From contig MU054323.1 in assembly GCA_013239625.1 (NCBI GenBank), positions 13,065,950-13,129,949 on the forward strand: DNA of 64,000 bases, read 5' to 3'. Positions 1 through 13,492 of the stretch are shown piece after piece. Under the pieces are notes generated by a model. The model did no database searches, was not told where the DNA came from, and worked only from the letters and a program-made list of their open reading frames with translations. Source of the stretch: Lama guanicoe (taxonomy: Eukaryota). Each line of letters opens with the position of its first letter. The stretch's first letter is position 1. The position numbers were made by a program, and so were the translations under genes.

Positions 1-3000
1 AGAAGGCCCACTGGATTGGCAGCCACAAAGTCACTGGCGGCTCTGCCAAAAGCAGATGCAAGGACAGGCAAGATGCAAGCTGCCTGTAGTGACTTCAAGG
101 GAGAGTGGGAGACACTTTTTTCTTCTTTCTTTTTTTAACTTGGCATTACATCATAAGCATTATTCCATGACATTAAAAATGTTTTTTAAAACATTGTTTT
201 TAATGACTTAATCACATTTCATGATTTTTATGTGTTCCTTGTTTTATGGGTAGGATATTTCTACTTTTTACCACTGTATTGATTGTAATACTGCAGTGGA
301 CGCGTTTGAATATAAACTTTCCTAGATGAGGAATGATAAAACACAAGTGGTGTGTGTTCTTAGGGCTTAATCCTAAAATATAGTCGATTGCTTTGAAGAC
401 AATCTGTACCCGTGGACACTCCCCTGGGCAGTGCTGGAGCTGGCTTGACTCACACTTCTCTTCCGTCTAGAACTGAGCTGACTAGAACATCCAGAGCAGC
501 GTTAAGTTACAGTGGTGGTGATGGGCATCAGTGTTCTGTTCCCGATTCACAGGGTCATGTATCTGCTGGTTACATTAAATTGTAGTAGATCAGCATTCTG
601 GACACATAGATGTAAGAATATATGGTAATTCCTTCCCTGCTCCCCTGAACCTGACCTCTTATGAAGAGTCATTTCTGAATCAGTAGTCGATTTGCATGTT
701 GCTTCTTGACAGCTTTGTGACAGGTTTCACCACGTTTGGCCCCACGCCCTGGGACTTGGGCGTATGTGTTGTTGATTCCTCTGCTTTCAGATCTCATAGT
801 AAATCATAGTAAGTTCATGATCTCAGAGAGGTCTTTCCTAATGCCCGGAATCCCCTTGGGATGGGCCCTCACCGTGTACCATTCCCTTTCCTAAATGCTT
901 GTAACAATCATAATCACTGTTCCTGTTGGCCTGCCGGCTTGGCTGTGAGCTCCACGGGACAGAGATCGTGTTTTCTCATCTACATTTCTAGTCACAGGGC
1001 ACGTGAATGTGCCTGGTGCAAAATGGAGTGCAGAATTGTCACTCAGGATTTTGTTCAGTGGAGGACTAAGGCACAGGTCAGACTTGGCACCTGGCCCCAG
1101 GGCACCCAGCTTGGGATGAGGGGTTCAAACTCAAATCTGTGTGACCCTGGAGTCCAGCTTCAACTCACCCCAGTGCCCGCTACCATCAGTGGGAGAGCTT
1201 GGGCAGGGAGGATTTTCTATCTCCTCAAGGAAGCAAGCCATTCTAAGAATTCCTTGTTTCCTTTTTGGTCCCTTGAATATAATAATTCAAAATATTTGTC
1301 AATTGCCCACTTAGGGCCCCTCATTTCTCATTTCTTTTACATCGTTATTCCAGCACGTAACTGTGTGGTGATTTTTCTTACCCCTATGCTTGGATGTCTT
1401 CCCTACTAGGCTCTGATCTCCTTGAGAGCAGATTTGTCTTCTCCATCTTTTTATCCACAGTTCTTGGTACAGTAGCATACAAGGGGGAGGGACTCAGTGT
1501 TTGAATAATGAGTAAAGATATGATGGTATTGAAACAGAGATTAAAGAGTTATTTTGAAATACATAGTCTTTCTTCCAATAAACTATATAAAGATGTCATT
1601 TTAAATTGTACTTTTAATTATACATATCAAATTGTTCCTATACATTTTAATTGCATATGTGTGTACTAGTTTGTAAAACCCAAGATTTCTCAGAAACTTG
1701 TGTTCATCATACATATGTACTAGCATTAGTACACGAAATTAGTGTTATTAGAGAAGGTGCTTAATCAGTGACTTACTGAATAACAAAATAACCTGTCCTT
1801 ATTCGCATTAATAGTATCAATATTTAAAAACTAACAATGTCACTTTATAATTCTAATTTTGAAAGGCTATATATAATACCATACTTTACTCAATCTATTT
1901 GCTGCTTTTGCATTTTTCACTGGTATAAATAACGCAGCTTTGGACAGCTGGACATGTGATACTTTGTATTAATAGTCTTATGTTGTTTTAAAAGAGTTAA
2001 GTAGCCATAATATTGTACGTCCTTGTTTTAGTTTGCATTTCTTTTGATGACCTAATTAATTTAGACATTCTACCACAGGCTTATTTACTAATTGTATTTT
2101 CTTTTGTCTTAATTGTCTTTTTCCGTCCTTTTTTCATTTTTTTGATATTGGATTTATTTTATTGAAGACAACTTTTGTTCTTTTTATATAATAGCATTTC
2201 CTGAAAATTTTCTGGTTTTTCTTTTTTCTTTTGCTATTTTGAATCAAATATTTACACAGTCTAAACTATAGATCTTTCACTTTTCTTTTTCACTGACTTG
2301 AGAAAAAAAAACTAAATAAAATGGCAGTAGTAAGAGTTAGAAACAGAACCCAGAAAAACTGCTGGTAGTTTTTTGTTATGTGACTTATGACTTAATGATA
2401 TTATCCTCTGAGTGATTTCACAGTTACTGGTGGCATTGGGAGGAGTGTGTTGGCCTTAGCTGACCACCTATTTAAATTAAATCACATGGTAACAAGCTAC
2501 CCCTGCTGAGCTTGGGCTTTCAGAACCTCCACCTTCCAGAACACAACTCGTGGGGAATTAAGCAGACGAGGGCCCAGCCCTTGATATAAAGGCATTAAAC
2601 TCCTCATAAAGCTACGAGAGTCTGCCCACAACCTTTGTGACTTGTATTCTCTGTAATATGTGCTGTGCTCAACCATCTGGCTATCTGCTTGGTTAAGTTG
2701 TCCCTTGAGAGTAGATTAGAAAAGCAGCCAGCCTAGAAAGGGTGGGAAGAGAGACTGACCTGAAGGGGAGAGAACAGCGAAAGCGCACACACACCTGAAG
2801 TTTTCCAGAGAGATGTTTGTAATGAGCAAAACCCATGAGTTATTACATGTCTTGGTGCTCGGTTTACTATCTAGAGCATTTAGTTTTGTGGAATTCTTCA
2901 TCATTCACAAGGCTGGATAGAAAAGGCATTGGAATGTAATCATACTGTTTTTTGCTCTTTAGGGATTTGGAAGAGGCTGATCCAGAGACACTTGCAACGA

Positions 3001-3759
3001 AAGAGCAGCATTTTATTTGGGTTTGGTACACGGAGCGGACAGAGTGAGAGTAGACTGAAATGTGTGACCTCATGCTTTGTTTCTTGTGATCTGATATCAC
3101 TGAGTGTTCTTGAATGACTTCAAAGGGCAGCTGGGCATTACTGTGAAGACACACACAGCAAAGCAATTTCTCACCTGCTGTCTCTGATCACAGACGACAC
3201 AGTTAGACTCACATTTCTCCCTGGGACACATGCGGTAGACATGCTGCAACTTGTTTGGAGGGAAAGGCAAGGGGCAGAGAGTCTTGCCCTGTGTGGGCTG
3301 GGGCGAGTTTTAAATATAACTAAGAGTTACTTTTTTAGAATGAAAAGCAATAGGGACTGCGCTTCAGGGCATGGGATCCTTCCTAAAAATACAATCACCG
3401 AACTTTTAAAGAACACTGGGATCAGCTTGTTAAACTGAAATAGGAGTCAAGTCTGGAAGGAATCTGAGAGTATTTGGGTCAAAAATTGAGTTTGTTTCAA
3501 ATGATGAATGTTTCTAGAAGATGAGCTGGGCAGCCAGGATGAGTAGGATTTTGACACCCACCCTGCTCACCCAGGTCCTGATCTTGGCTTCCTGCAAGCC
3601 CAGTATGTGCAGACTGGGTTTGTTGTTACCGCTTTGGCAGTTCTGCCACTTTGAGTGTCCTCATCCCTGTTTTAACCCCTTCACCCTCTGATTAAGGATC
3701 AGGCTTTAACTCTCTTCAGGTCTCAATTGCCCTTTGTTGGATTATTTGAAAATTATTTT

Positions 3760-5885
3760 GATTTTGAAAAATTGAAAAATATGCAGAAAAGTAGAAAGGA
3801 TACAGTAGTAATCACCTGTGTATCTACTACCCACAGCTAATACAGGTCTGTTGTCATATTTGCTACCCGCCTTTTTTTTAAGGAAAAATTCCAATTAAGT
3901 GACCCATTTCCTTTATTAGAATTGTTCCACTTCCTTCCCTGAGGTGATCACTGTCATGAATTTTGTGTGAATTCAGTACATATTTTTATGCTTTTGTTGA
4001 TTTCATATGTATCTATAAAAGCAGAGTATGATGTATTAAAAAATTACATGGTTATTATATGATCATGTAAAGAACAGTGCCATAAAGTAGCATCCTATAA
4101 GTTACTTTTTCTTCAGTCAGCATTATTTTCCAGATTCATCCATGTTGCTAGGTGTATAGATCTAGATGACAGTTTTAACTGCTGTGTAATATTCCATTAT
4201 GAAATACCACAGTTTACTTATCAATTCATCTATCAATGCCCGTATTTTCCTACTATAATTGATGTGCAGTGAACATTCCTGTATAAGTCTGCTTGAGCAC
4301 ACGACAGGCTAGAAGTGAAATTACTGGGTATTAGGGTTTTCATGTGATAACCTTACTAAATATTGCCATGTTGCTTTGTATAGAGGTGAGTAGCAAATAT
4401 ACTCCCACAAACATGAACAATGTATAACAGTTCCCATTTTCCTGTATCTTTGCTAACGCTTGGTGGTAACAGATTTAGTGCCAGTCTCTTGAGCGTGGAA
4501 TTGCATCTCAGTCTTGTTTTGATTTTCAGTTCTCTAACAGTTGGAGAAGTTGAGTATCTTTTCACATTTCACATTTCATTATCTATGAACAGCCAATTCA
4601 TATCCTTTGTCCACTTTCCCCCTTTTTTTTTCCTATTGTTTTTTTGGTGGGGGAGGTCATTAGGTCTATTTATTTATTTATTATTTGGGTTTTTTTCTTT
4701 CTTTTTTTTAAACGGAGGTACTGGGGATTGAACCTAGGACCCCCTGCATGCTAAGCATGTGCTCTACTACTTGAGCTATACCCTTTCGTCTCCTATTGGT
4801 TTTTAGGAATTTAAGATATATCTGGTTACTAATCCTTTGCTAAATATTTTGCAAGTGTCTTCTCTTTGTTACTGTGTTTCAGTGTTTCGTATTGTGTCCT
4901 TTAACTTTTTGATAGAGTCAAATTCATCAGTCCTTTTGGATTTTTACTTACTGTTTTGTATTTGAGAAATTCTTTCTTACCCTGAATCATGAAAATATTC
5001 TGTCACATCGTCTTTTAAACGTTTTAAATCTGGAATGTATATGCTTGTGTTGGGTAGGGATCTAATTTTAATTCTTTTAGATGAATGACATTCTTTCCCA
5101 ATCCCATTTATTGTCTATTATTTCTCGACAAAGTTGTTAAAGCTCCTCCATCATGTTGCAAGGCTCCATTTATATTCGAGTCTGTTTTTAAGCTTTCTGT
5201 TAAATTTCATTCATCTGGTTTTCTATCTCTGAATCATTACCACATTGTGTTATCAGTTATGGTAGTTTGTAGAGTCTTTTGTATTATCTACATAGACACT
5301 TAGGTAAACTGAAATAATGATGCTTTTGTTTCTATTTCTTAGACCTTTTCTTTTTTCTTGTTTTGTATGTTGGTTGGGACTTAACAGTATAACATCGACT
5401 ATAGAAGTTATTGTGGGATTTAGACTTGTTTCCAGTTTTGCTATAAATGCTCTATAGTTTCATTATAATATTTGCTGTAGTTCTTGGTATGCTCTTTGTC
5501 ATGGAGTGTGCCGTAGGTACTGTTTACCAGAACAAGGAAACCTCTTTGTATTCCTAATTGGCTTATATTTTTGTTGTTGTGATGAATACGTGATGAATTT
5601 TATTGGAAGATTTTCTGCATTCATTGAAGTAAGTTCGAATTTAATTTTTTAACATGGGAAATTCCATGGATAGATTTGCTGACATTAAAACCATCCTTAA
5701 CACCAGAAACTAAGACGACATTGTGGATCAACTGTATTTCAATTAAAAGAGTTAAAGTCCTTATATTTCTGGAATTAATTTGGCTTTTCTGTTTTTGAAA
5801 CACTGTTGTATTTGATTTACTAATATTTTATTTAGGTATTTTGCATCTATATTCTTAACTGTTTTGTGTGTTAGTTTTGTGTACA
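3760..5885 (-). mobile_element. Older degraded L1 (L1M-type) 3' region, host to a SINE and to the younger L1
   Basis: T-rich antisense L1-like sequence. ORF 4356-4565 (MKRYSTSPTVRELKIKTRLR) resembles the ORF2 C-terminus. L1-like sequence resumes after 10830. Confidence 0.7.
4639..4790 (-). mobile_element. tRNA-derived SINE (camelid Vic-1-like)
   Basis: ggaggtactggggattgaacctagg...gagctataccc is the reverse complement of a tRNA-like head with A and B boxes. TSD tcctattg at 4631 and 4791. Confidence 0.85.
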
Positions 5886-5897
5886 ATTCTTGCCTGA

Positions 5898-8800
5898 GTT
5901 TTTTTTTAGATTAATTTTTTTATTGAGGTGTAGTTGCTTTAAAATGTTGTTTCAGGTGTACAGCAAAGTGATTCATATATTATATATATATTCTTTTCAG
6001 ATTCTTTTCCATTACACGTTATTACAAGATACTGAGTATATAGTTCCCTGTGCTATACAGTAGGTCCTTGTTGGTTATCTGTTTTATATATAGTAGTGTG
6101 TATATGTTATTCTCAAACTCCTAAGGTATCCTCCCCCCATGCCCCTTTGGTAACCGTAAGTTTGTTTTCTATGTCTGTGAGTCTGTTTTGTAAAATAATT
6201 CATTTGTATCATTTTTTAGATTCCACATATAAGCAATATCACATCATTTTTGCCTTTCTCTGACTTACTTCACTTAGTATGATAATCTCTAGGTCCATCC
6301 ATCTTGCTGCAGATGGCATTATTTCACTTTTGTGGCTGAGTAATATTCCATTGTATATTGTTCCATATCCTGTATCCATTCATCTGTTGATGGACATTCA
6401 GGTTGCTTCCATGTCTTGGCTTTTGTAAAAAGTGCCGCTGTGAACATTGGTATGCATATATCTTGTTGAATTAGTTTTTTCCTGATACATGCCCATGAGT
6501 GGGATCATTGGATGATATGGTAACTCTGTTTTTAAAGGAACCTTTATACTATTCTCCATCGTGGCTGCACCAATTTACATTCCCACCAACAGTGTAGGAG
6601 GGTTCCTTTCCCTCCACACCCTCTCCAGCATTTATCATTTGTAGACTTTTTATGATGGCCATTCTGACTGGTGTGAGGTGGTACCTCATTATAGTTTTGA
6701 TTTGCATTTTCTAATAAGTAATGATTTTGAGCATCTTTTCATGTGCCTGTTGGCCATCTGTATGTCTTCTTTGGAAAAATGTCTGTTGAGATCATCTGCC
6801 CATTTTTGATTCTTTTTTTTTTTTTGGATATTAAGATGCAGGAGCTGTTTGTGTATTTTGGAAATTAATTCCTTGTTGGTTGCATAGTTTGCAAATATTT
6901 TCTCACAGTCTGTAGGTTGTCTTTTCATTTTGTTTATGGTTTCCTTTGCTGTGCTTTTAAGTTTAATTAAGTCCTATATGTCTATTTTTGCTTTTATTTC
7001 CATCACTCTACAAGATGGATCCAAAAAGATATTGCTGCAATTTATGTCAAAAAGTATTCTGCCCATGTTTTCCTCTAGGAGTTTTATAGTACCTGATCTT
7101 ACAATTAGGTCTTTGATCTATGTATGTTTATTTTTGTATGTGGTGGTAGTGAATGTTCTAATTTCATTCTTTTTCATGTAGCTGTCCAGTTTTCCTAGCA
7201 CCACTTATTGAAGAGACTGTCTTTTCTCCATCATATATTCTTCCCTTTTTTGTTGTAGATTAATTGACCATAAGTGTGTGGGTTTATTTCTAGGCTTTCT
7301 ATCCTGTTCCATTGGTCAGTGTGTCTGTACCATACTGTTTTGATTGCTATAGCTTTGTAGTATAGTGTGAGGTCAGGGAGCCTGATTTCTCCAGCTCTGT
7401 TCTTCTTTCTGAATATTGCTTTGACTGTTCAGGGTCTTTCGTGTTTCCATACAAATTAGAATTTGTTTTGTTCTAGTTCTGTGAAAAATGCCATTGGTAA
7501 TTTGATGGGGATTGCATTGAATCTGTAGATTGCCTTGGGTAATATGGTCATATTAACATTATTGGTTCTTCCAATCCAAGAACTTGGGATAGCTTTCCAT
7601 CTGTTTGTGTCATCTTCAGTTTCTTTTATTAGCATCTTACAATTTTTGGAGTACAGGCCTTTTACCTCCTTAAGTAAGTTTATTCCTAGATATTTTATTC
7701 TTTCTGACACAATGATAAATGTTTACTTAATTTCTCTTCCTGACATTTCATTGTTGGTGTATAGAAATGCAGCAGATTTCTGTATATTAATTTTGTATCC
7801 TGCAACTCTACTGAATTCATTGATAAACTCTAGAAGTTTTCTGGTAGTGTCTTCAAGGTCGTCTGTGTATACTATGTCATCAGCAAACAGTGACAGTTTT
7901 ACTGCTTCTTTTCTAATTTGGATCCCTTTTTTATTATTTCTTTTCTCTGATTGCTGTGGTTACAAAACTATGTTGAATAAAAGCGGTGAGAGTGGGCATC
8001 CTTGTCTTGTTCCTGATCTTAGAGGAAATGCTTTCAGCTTTCCACCATTGAGTATGAATGGTAGCTGTGGGTTTGTCATATATGGCCTTTATTATGTTGA
8101 GGTATGTTCCCTCTGTGCTCACTTTCTGAAGAGTTTTTGTCATAAATGGATGTTGAATTTCGTCAAAAGGTTTTTCTGCATCTATTGAGATGATCATATG
8201 GTTTTTATTCTTCAATTTGTTAATGTGATGTATCACACTGATTTGTGGATAATGAAAAATCCTTGAATTCCTGGGATAAATCCCACTTGATCATGATATA
8301 TGATCCTTTTAATGTATTGCTGAATTTGGTTTGCTAGTGTTTTGTTGAGGAATTTTGCATCTGTGTTCATCAGTGATAGTGGCCTGTAATTTTTTTTTTT
8401 GTGGTTTCTTTGTCTGGTTTTGGTATCAGGGTGATGGTGACCTTATAGAATGAGTTCAGAAGTGTTCCTCACTCTGCGTTTTTTTGGGGAATAGCTTAAG
8501 GATTGGTGTTAACTGTTCTCTAAATGTTTGGTTGAATTCACCTGTAAAGCCATCTAGTTCTGGACTTTTGTTTGGAGTTTTAAAATTGCCAATTCAATTT
8601 CGGTACTGGTAATTGGTCTGTTTATATTTTCTATTTCTCCCTGGTTCAGTCTTGGGAGATTATACTTTTATAAGACATTGTCCATTTCTTCTAGATTGTC
8701 CTTTTTGTTGGTGTACAGTTACTCATAGTAGCCTCTTATGATCCCTTGTATTTCTGTGGTGTCAGTTTTAACTTCTTTTACATTTCTGACTTTATTAATT

Positions 8801-10818
8801 TGGGCCCTCTTTTTTTTTTCCCTTGCTGAGTCTGGCTAAAAATTTATCAAATTTGAGTATCTTTTCAAAGAACCAGCTTTTAGTTTCATTGATCTTTTTG
8901 ATTATTTTTTTATTCTCTGTTTCATTTATTTCTGCTCTTTATGATTTCTTTTTTTCTACTAATTTTGGGTTTTGTTTGTTCTTCTTTCTCTAGTTACTTT
9001 AGGTCTTAAGTTTAGGTTGTTTGAGATTTTTTTTGTTTCCTGAGATAGGCTTATATCACTATAAACTTCCCTCTTAGAACTACTTTTGCTGAGTCCCATA
9101 GGTTTTAGATGTTTTCATTTTCATTTGTCTATAGGTATTTTTTGATTTCCTCTTTGATTTCTTCAGTGGTCCTTTGGTTGTTTAGTAGCATATTGTTTAG
9201 CCTCCATGTGTTTTTGTGTTTTTCGTAGTTTTTTCCTTGTAGTTGATTTCTAATCACATAGTGTTGTGGTTGGAAAAGATGCTGGATATGATTCCAATTT
9301 TCTTAAATTTGCCAAGGCTTGCTTTATGGCCTGGCATGTGATCTATCCTGGAGGATGTTCCACCCCACGTGCACTTGAAAAGAATGTGTGTTCTGCTGCT
9401 TTGGGATGGAATGCTCTATAAATATCAATTAAGTCCATTTGGACTAATGTGTCGTTTAAGACCTGTGTTTCATTATTGATTTTTTTTTTGGTCTGGATGA
9501 TCTGTCCATTTCTGTAAGTGGCATGCATGTTAAAGTCCCCCACTATTATGTTACTGTCAACATTTGCCTTTTATATTGAGGTGCTCCTATGTTGGGTGCA
9601 TATATATTTACAATTGTTACATCTTTTTGGATTGAACCCTTGGTCATTATGTAGTGTCCTTCTTTGTCTCTTGTAACAGTTTTTATTTTAAAGTGTATTT
9701 TGTCTGATATGTGTGTTGCTGCCCCAGCTTTCTTTTGATTTCCATTTGCATGGAATACCTTTTTCCATCCCCTCGCTTTCAGTCTGTATGTGTCTCTAGC
9801 TCTGAAGTGGGTCTCTTGTAGATAGCTTATATACAGGTCATGTTTTTGTATTTATTCAACCAGTCTGTGTCTTTGGGTAGGAACATTTAATTTGTTTACA
9901 TTTAAGGTAATTATTGATAGATGTGTCCTTATTGCCATTTTGTTAATTGTTTTGGATTTGTTTTTATAGTTTTTTCCCCCCCTTCTTTTGTTCTCTTTAC
10001 AATTTGATACTTTAGTGTTATGCTTGGATTCCTTTTTCTTTTTAGTTTGTATATCTATTATGGATTTTTGGTTTATAGTTACCAAGAGTTTTTGGTATGG
10101 TGGGCTTTATACATGATTAAGTTGCTGCTCTCTTAATTTCAAATGCATTTTAGATACCTGCATTTGTACTCTCCTTCCCACATGATGACTGGTTTTGATA
10201 GCATATTTTATATCTGATTGTTTTGTGTTTCTCTTAACTGCTTATTATGGACACAGATGATTGTACTACTCTTGTCTTGTACCCTCCCTACTAGCTTGTA
10301 TGTGGATGATTTCCTACCTTCACTGTATGTTTGTCTTTACTGGTGAGGTTTCCATTTTGTAATTTTCTTGTTTCTAGTTGTGGCCTTTTCTGTCTAGAGA
10401 AGTTACTGTAACATTTGTTGTAAAGCTGGTTTGGTGGTGCTGAATTCTTTTAGCTTTTGCCTGTCTGTAAAGCTTTTGATTTCTCCATCAAATCTGAATG
10501 AGAGCCTTGGTGGGTAGAGTATTCTTGGTTGTAGGTTTTCCCTTTTCATCACGGTAAATATATCATGCCACTTCCTTGTGGGCGACAGAGTTTCTGCTGA
10601 AACATCAGCGGATAGCCATATGCGAGTTCTCTTTTATGTTATTTGTTGATTTTTCCCTTGTCATTTTTAACATTTTCTCTTTATTTTCTATTTTTTCAAT
10701 TTGATTACTGTGTGTATTCATCCTGTATGGGACTCTCTGTGCTTCCTGGACTTGGGTGACTTTTCCTTTCCCAGGTTATAGAAGTTTTTAGCTATTATCT
10801 CTTCAAATATTTTCTTAG
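5898..10818 (-). mobile_element. 5'-truncated LINE-1 of about 4.9 kb: ORF1 3' part, spacer, degenerate ORF2, 3'UTR and poly(A)
   Basis: Minus-strand fragments SIITLNVN and GDFN (endonuclease), [20 protein letters not shown] (reverse transcriptase), [25 protein letters not shown], plus the ORF1-type C-terminus KLKEFSTTKPALQQML near 10400-10455. T-tract at about 5899. Flanking direct repeat attcttgcctga at 5886-5897 and 10819-10830. Confidence 0.96.
6216..9938 (-). pseudogene. Disrupted L1 ORF2 (endonuclease/reverse transcriptase)
   Basis: ATG at 9938 (MAIRTHLSIITLNVN) and terminal LICGI* with stop at 6216-6218. Broken into short pieces by stops and frameshifts. Confidence 0.9.
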
Positions 10819-12454
10819 ATTCTTGCCTGATTTTGATATTGAGGTTTAACTTTTAAAGGGAGTTTAATTTGGAGTCTCTACTGAATGTCCTGACTCCAGT
10901 GGGGTCAGGACTGGGGATTTTCAGCTTACAGGTCCTGGGTAGTTTGGCCTCATGCTGTTCCACCCTGTGCCTGTGCAGTGCCATTTCAAGTGAAGACTCA
11001 GGGGACCCTCTGCAGATCTCTTGGCTGTCTCTGTGTGCAGGTCCCTCCTCTCTAGTACTCTGCCTTGAAGATTCCCACCCTCAGCCATCATCACTCTGTG
11101 TGGTCTCCCTCTGTCACAGTCTGCAGAGTGCCTCCTGCAGACGGTCGGCGTGTTCCTGGGGCTCACTTCTTTGATTCCCTTCTCTTAGGATTCATAGTCC
11201 TTTCTTGCCAGTTGTCTGATATCTGACAACAGTTGTTTTGTATCTTTAATCCAGTTTTCTAGTTGTTTATGACAAAAAAGTCTTGTTTGGTAACAGTACA
11301 TCATGGTCATTTCTTTTAAACCTAGAAGTTTTTTTAAAATTATTATTCTGTGTTTGGGATCAGGGGAGGGCACGTAGAAGGTTAATTCACTGTTCTTACC
11401 TCTAGCAGAAGTCCTTCTGTTGGATTATCTGCTTAATGAATTACGGACACCCCTACTTCTAGTTCCTTTTCACAAACTACTTATCTCTCAGAAGCTTTTT
11501 TTCTACTGCACCTGAACTTCTTGGGCTAATTCCCTTAATGTGCTTTTGTTCTGGAAGTTTAATAATTTGTCACGGCTCCTGTCAGCCCTTTTTGATATCC
11601 ATGACCAGTTTGTTTCCAAGTATCCCGACCAATCAGAATTCTTTTAGAACACATAGGATCTGGGCTTTTGAAACTGTTTAACAAGCATACTGCTAAGTGC
11701 CACTGCAGACCTTACACATTAGCAAAATGTATTTAGATATTAATTTTGATTTAAAGACATCTTTGAAGGATTGGAGACTATTTGAACAGCAGGCAACCAA
11801 GTACGAAGGTGTAGATGTTATTATGTAATGGATTAAGAGCCCACTAAATATCTTCCCTTTATAGACATCTTCGATTCTAGTATCCTTTGGAAAGGAACGG
11901 CTCTACTGTGATGTGAGTCAGTCAACCAGGATGAGGTTCAGCCTCCCATCCTAGGAGACAGAAAATTCTGCAATAGCCAATTAATTAACTCATGGTTTAT
12001 AGTCTAGTTGAGAAATAAGAGAGCTTTGTTAAAAAATGATTAATGTATGTTGACAGTACATGTGAAATGTGAAGTGGATAATGAAAATGGTGCAGGAGGT
12101 TGGGTGGGTATGCATTTGGGTAAGACTTCACAGGGAAGGAGGAGGTTTCAGATGAGCAGGAGCTTGAGGGGCCCGCCCGAGTTTCAGGACAGGGCACCCT
12201 GTGTGCAGAGGCAAGAAGGGGTGAGCTACTGCAGGGATGGAACAGGGGGCAGTGAGGATGGGAAGAGGGGTTGGGGTCTAGCTGTAGAGGGTCTTGAATG
12301 TATTTCATGGGCAGCTGAAGTGTGTTGCAAGTTTTTTTTTTTTTTTTTAATGAAGAAGAAGAAATGCAAAGAGATGCATTTTGGGAAGATGAGTCTGTCA
12401 GCAAGTCCAGTAGGATTTTGTTCCCTCACCTACGGTTGTCATGTTTGGCTACAA

Positions 12455-12622
12455 ATTGCAATCACCTAGAGAGTTAAAAAACCCAAAAAATAAAACACCA
12501 AAGATGCACAAGCCCCCTCCCTCAGTGATTCTGATTCATCCAGCCTGGAGTCAGGCCTGGGTTTTGAGAGTTTTAAAGCTCCCCAGGTGATGCTAATGTG
12601 CTGCAAAGCTGGAGAACCACTG
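12455..12622. mobile_element. MER5A-like hAT MITE
   Basis: aatcacct...gattctgattca...aagctccccaggtgatgctaatgtgc...gagaaccactg pattern. Confidence 0.75.
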
Positions 12623-12807
12623 CCCAGCCCACTGATAAGATCTTGATGGAGTGTTTACTCTGTGCGTTGAACCACAGCTGGCCATGCAAATGCAGAATCA
12701 GCTGATAGAAAACAGTTTCAAAAGTACTTCTGTAACATTTATTTATAATATTCGACTTAGTTCAGTCCCTCAGTTAGAGTAACAGTTTTTTTTTTTCCAA
12801 AGGAGAC

Positions 12808-13060
12808 TCCCAGAGAAAACAAACGAGTGGTTACCAAAAAGGAGAGAGAATGGGCGGGGGTTCAAATTAGAGATACGGGATTAAGAGGTACAAACTACTG
12901 TGTGTGAAATTCATAAGCAACAGGATATGTTGTGTATCACAGGGAATTAGAGCCATTATCTTGTAATAACTTTTAATAGAGTATAATCTGTAAAAATGCT
13001 GAAACTCTGTGCTCTACGCCTGAACTAATATTGTAAATCAACTATAGTTCAATTATAAAA
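12808..13060 (+). mobile_element. L1 3'UTR fragment
   Basis: Resembles the reverse complement of the L1 3'UTR at about 5900-6180 (gtggttacca, cacagggaa, tatcttgtaataac, tcaacta) and ends in an A-rich stretch. Confidence 0.8.
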
Positions 13061-13337
13061 ACAGCAGTTTTTACATTGGCCATGAAGTAGGTGGTGACAA
13101 ACATAAAAATTCTTGGAAGGGACCCATAATTATCTTGAAAATTTGGTCACATGGCAAAAGGTTTTAATTTTATGCATTAAAAATAAAAGGGCAACATAAA
13201 CATGTCTGTCACAGCAAGATTTCAATAACATACAAGTCACTGGAGTGTGAAAACACCAAACTTGGCAGTGATAAAAATGTAAATTCTCAAAAAATAATGC
13301 ATTAGTGGAGGACTGCTGGTTTCCAAATACTGTATGT

Positions 13338-13492
13338 CAGTGGTTCTTGAACTTGAGTAAGCCTCAGATTCACCTGGAGAGCAGTCAGCTCACTGGGCTC
13401 TAGTTTTGGGCCAGGGGCAGCCAGAGAAGAGGTGCGATGCTAAACTGTTTACAGGTGATGCTGCTGCTGGTCCAAGGACCAAACTTGGAGAA
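13338..13492. mobile_element. MER5A-like hAT MITE
   Basis: cagtggttcttgaactt...tcacctggag...caggtgatgctgctgctggtccaaggaccaaacttggagaa. Confidence 0.7.

Noticed and set aside
861..1409. 182 aa ORF
   Set aside because: Overlaps L2/MIR-like fragments and shows no protein family signal.
7535..8188. 217 aa hydrophobic ORF on the + strand
   Set aside because: Antisense shadow of L1 ORF2, a common artefact.
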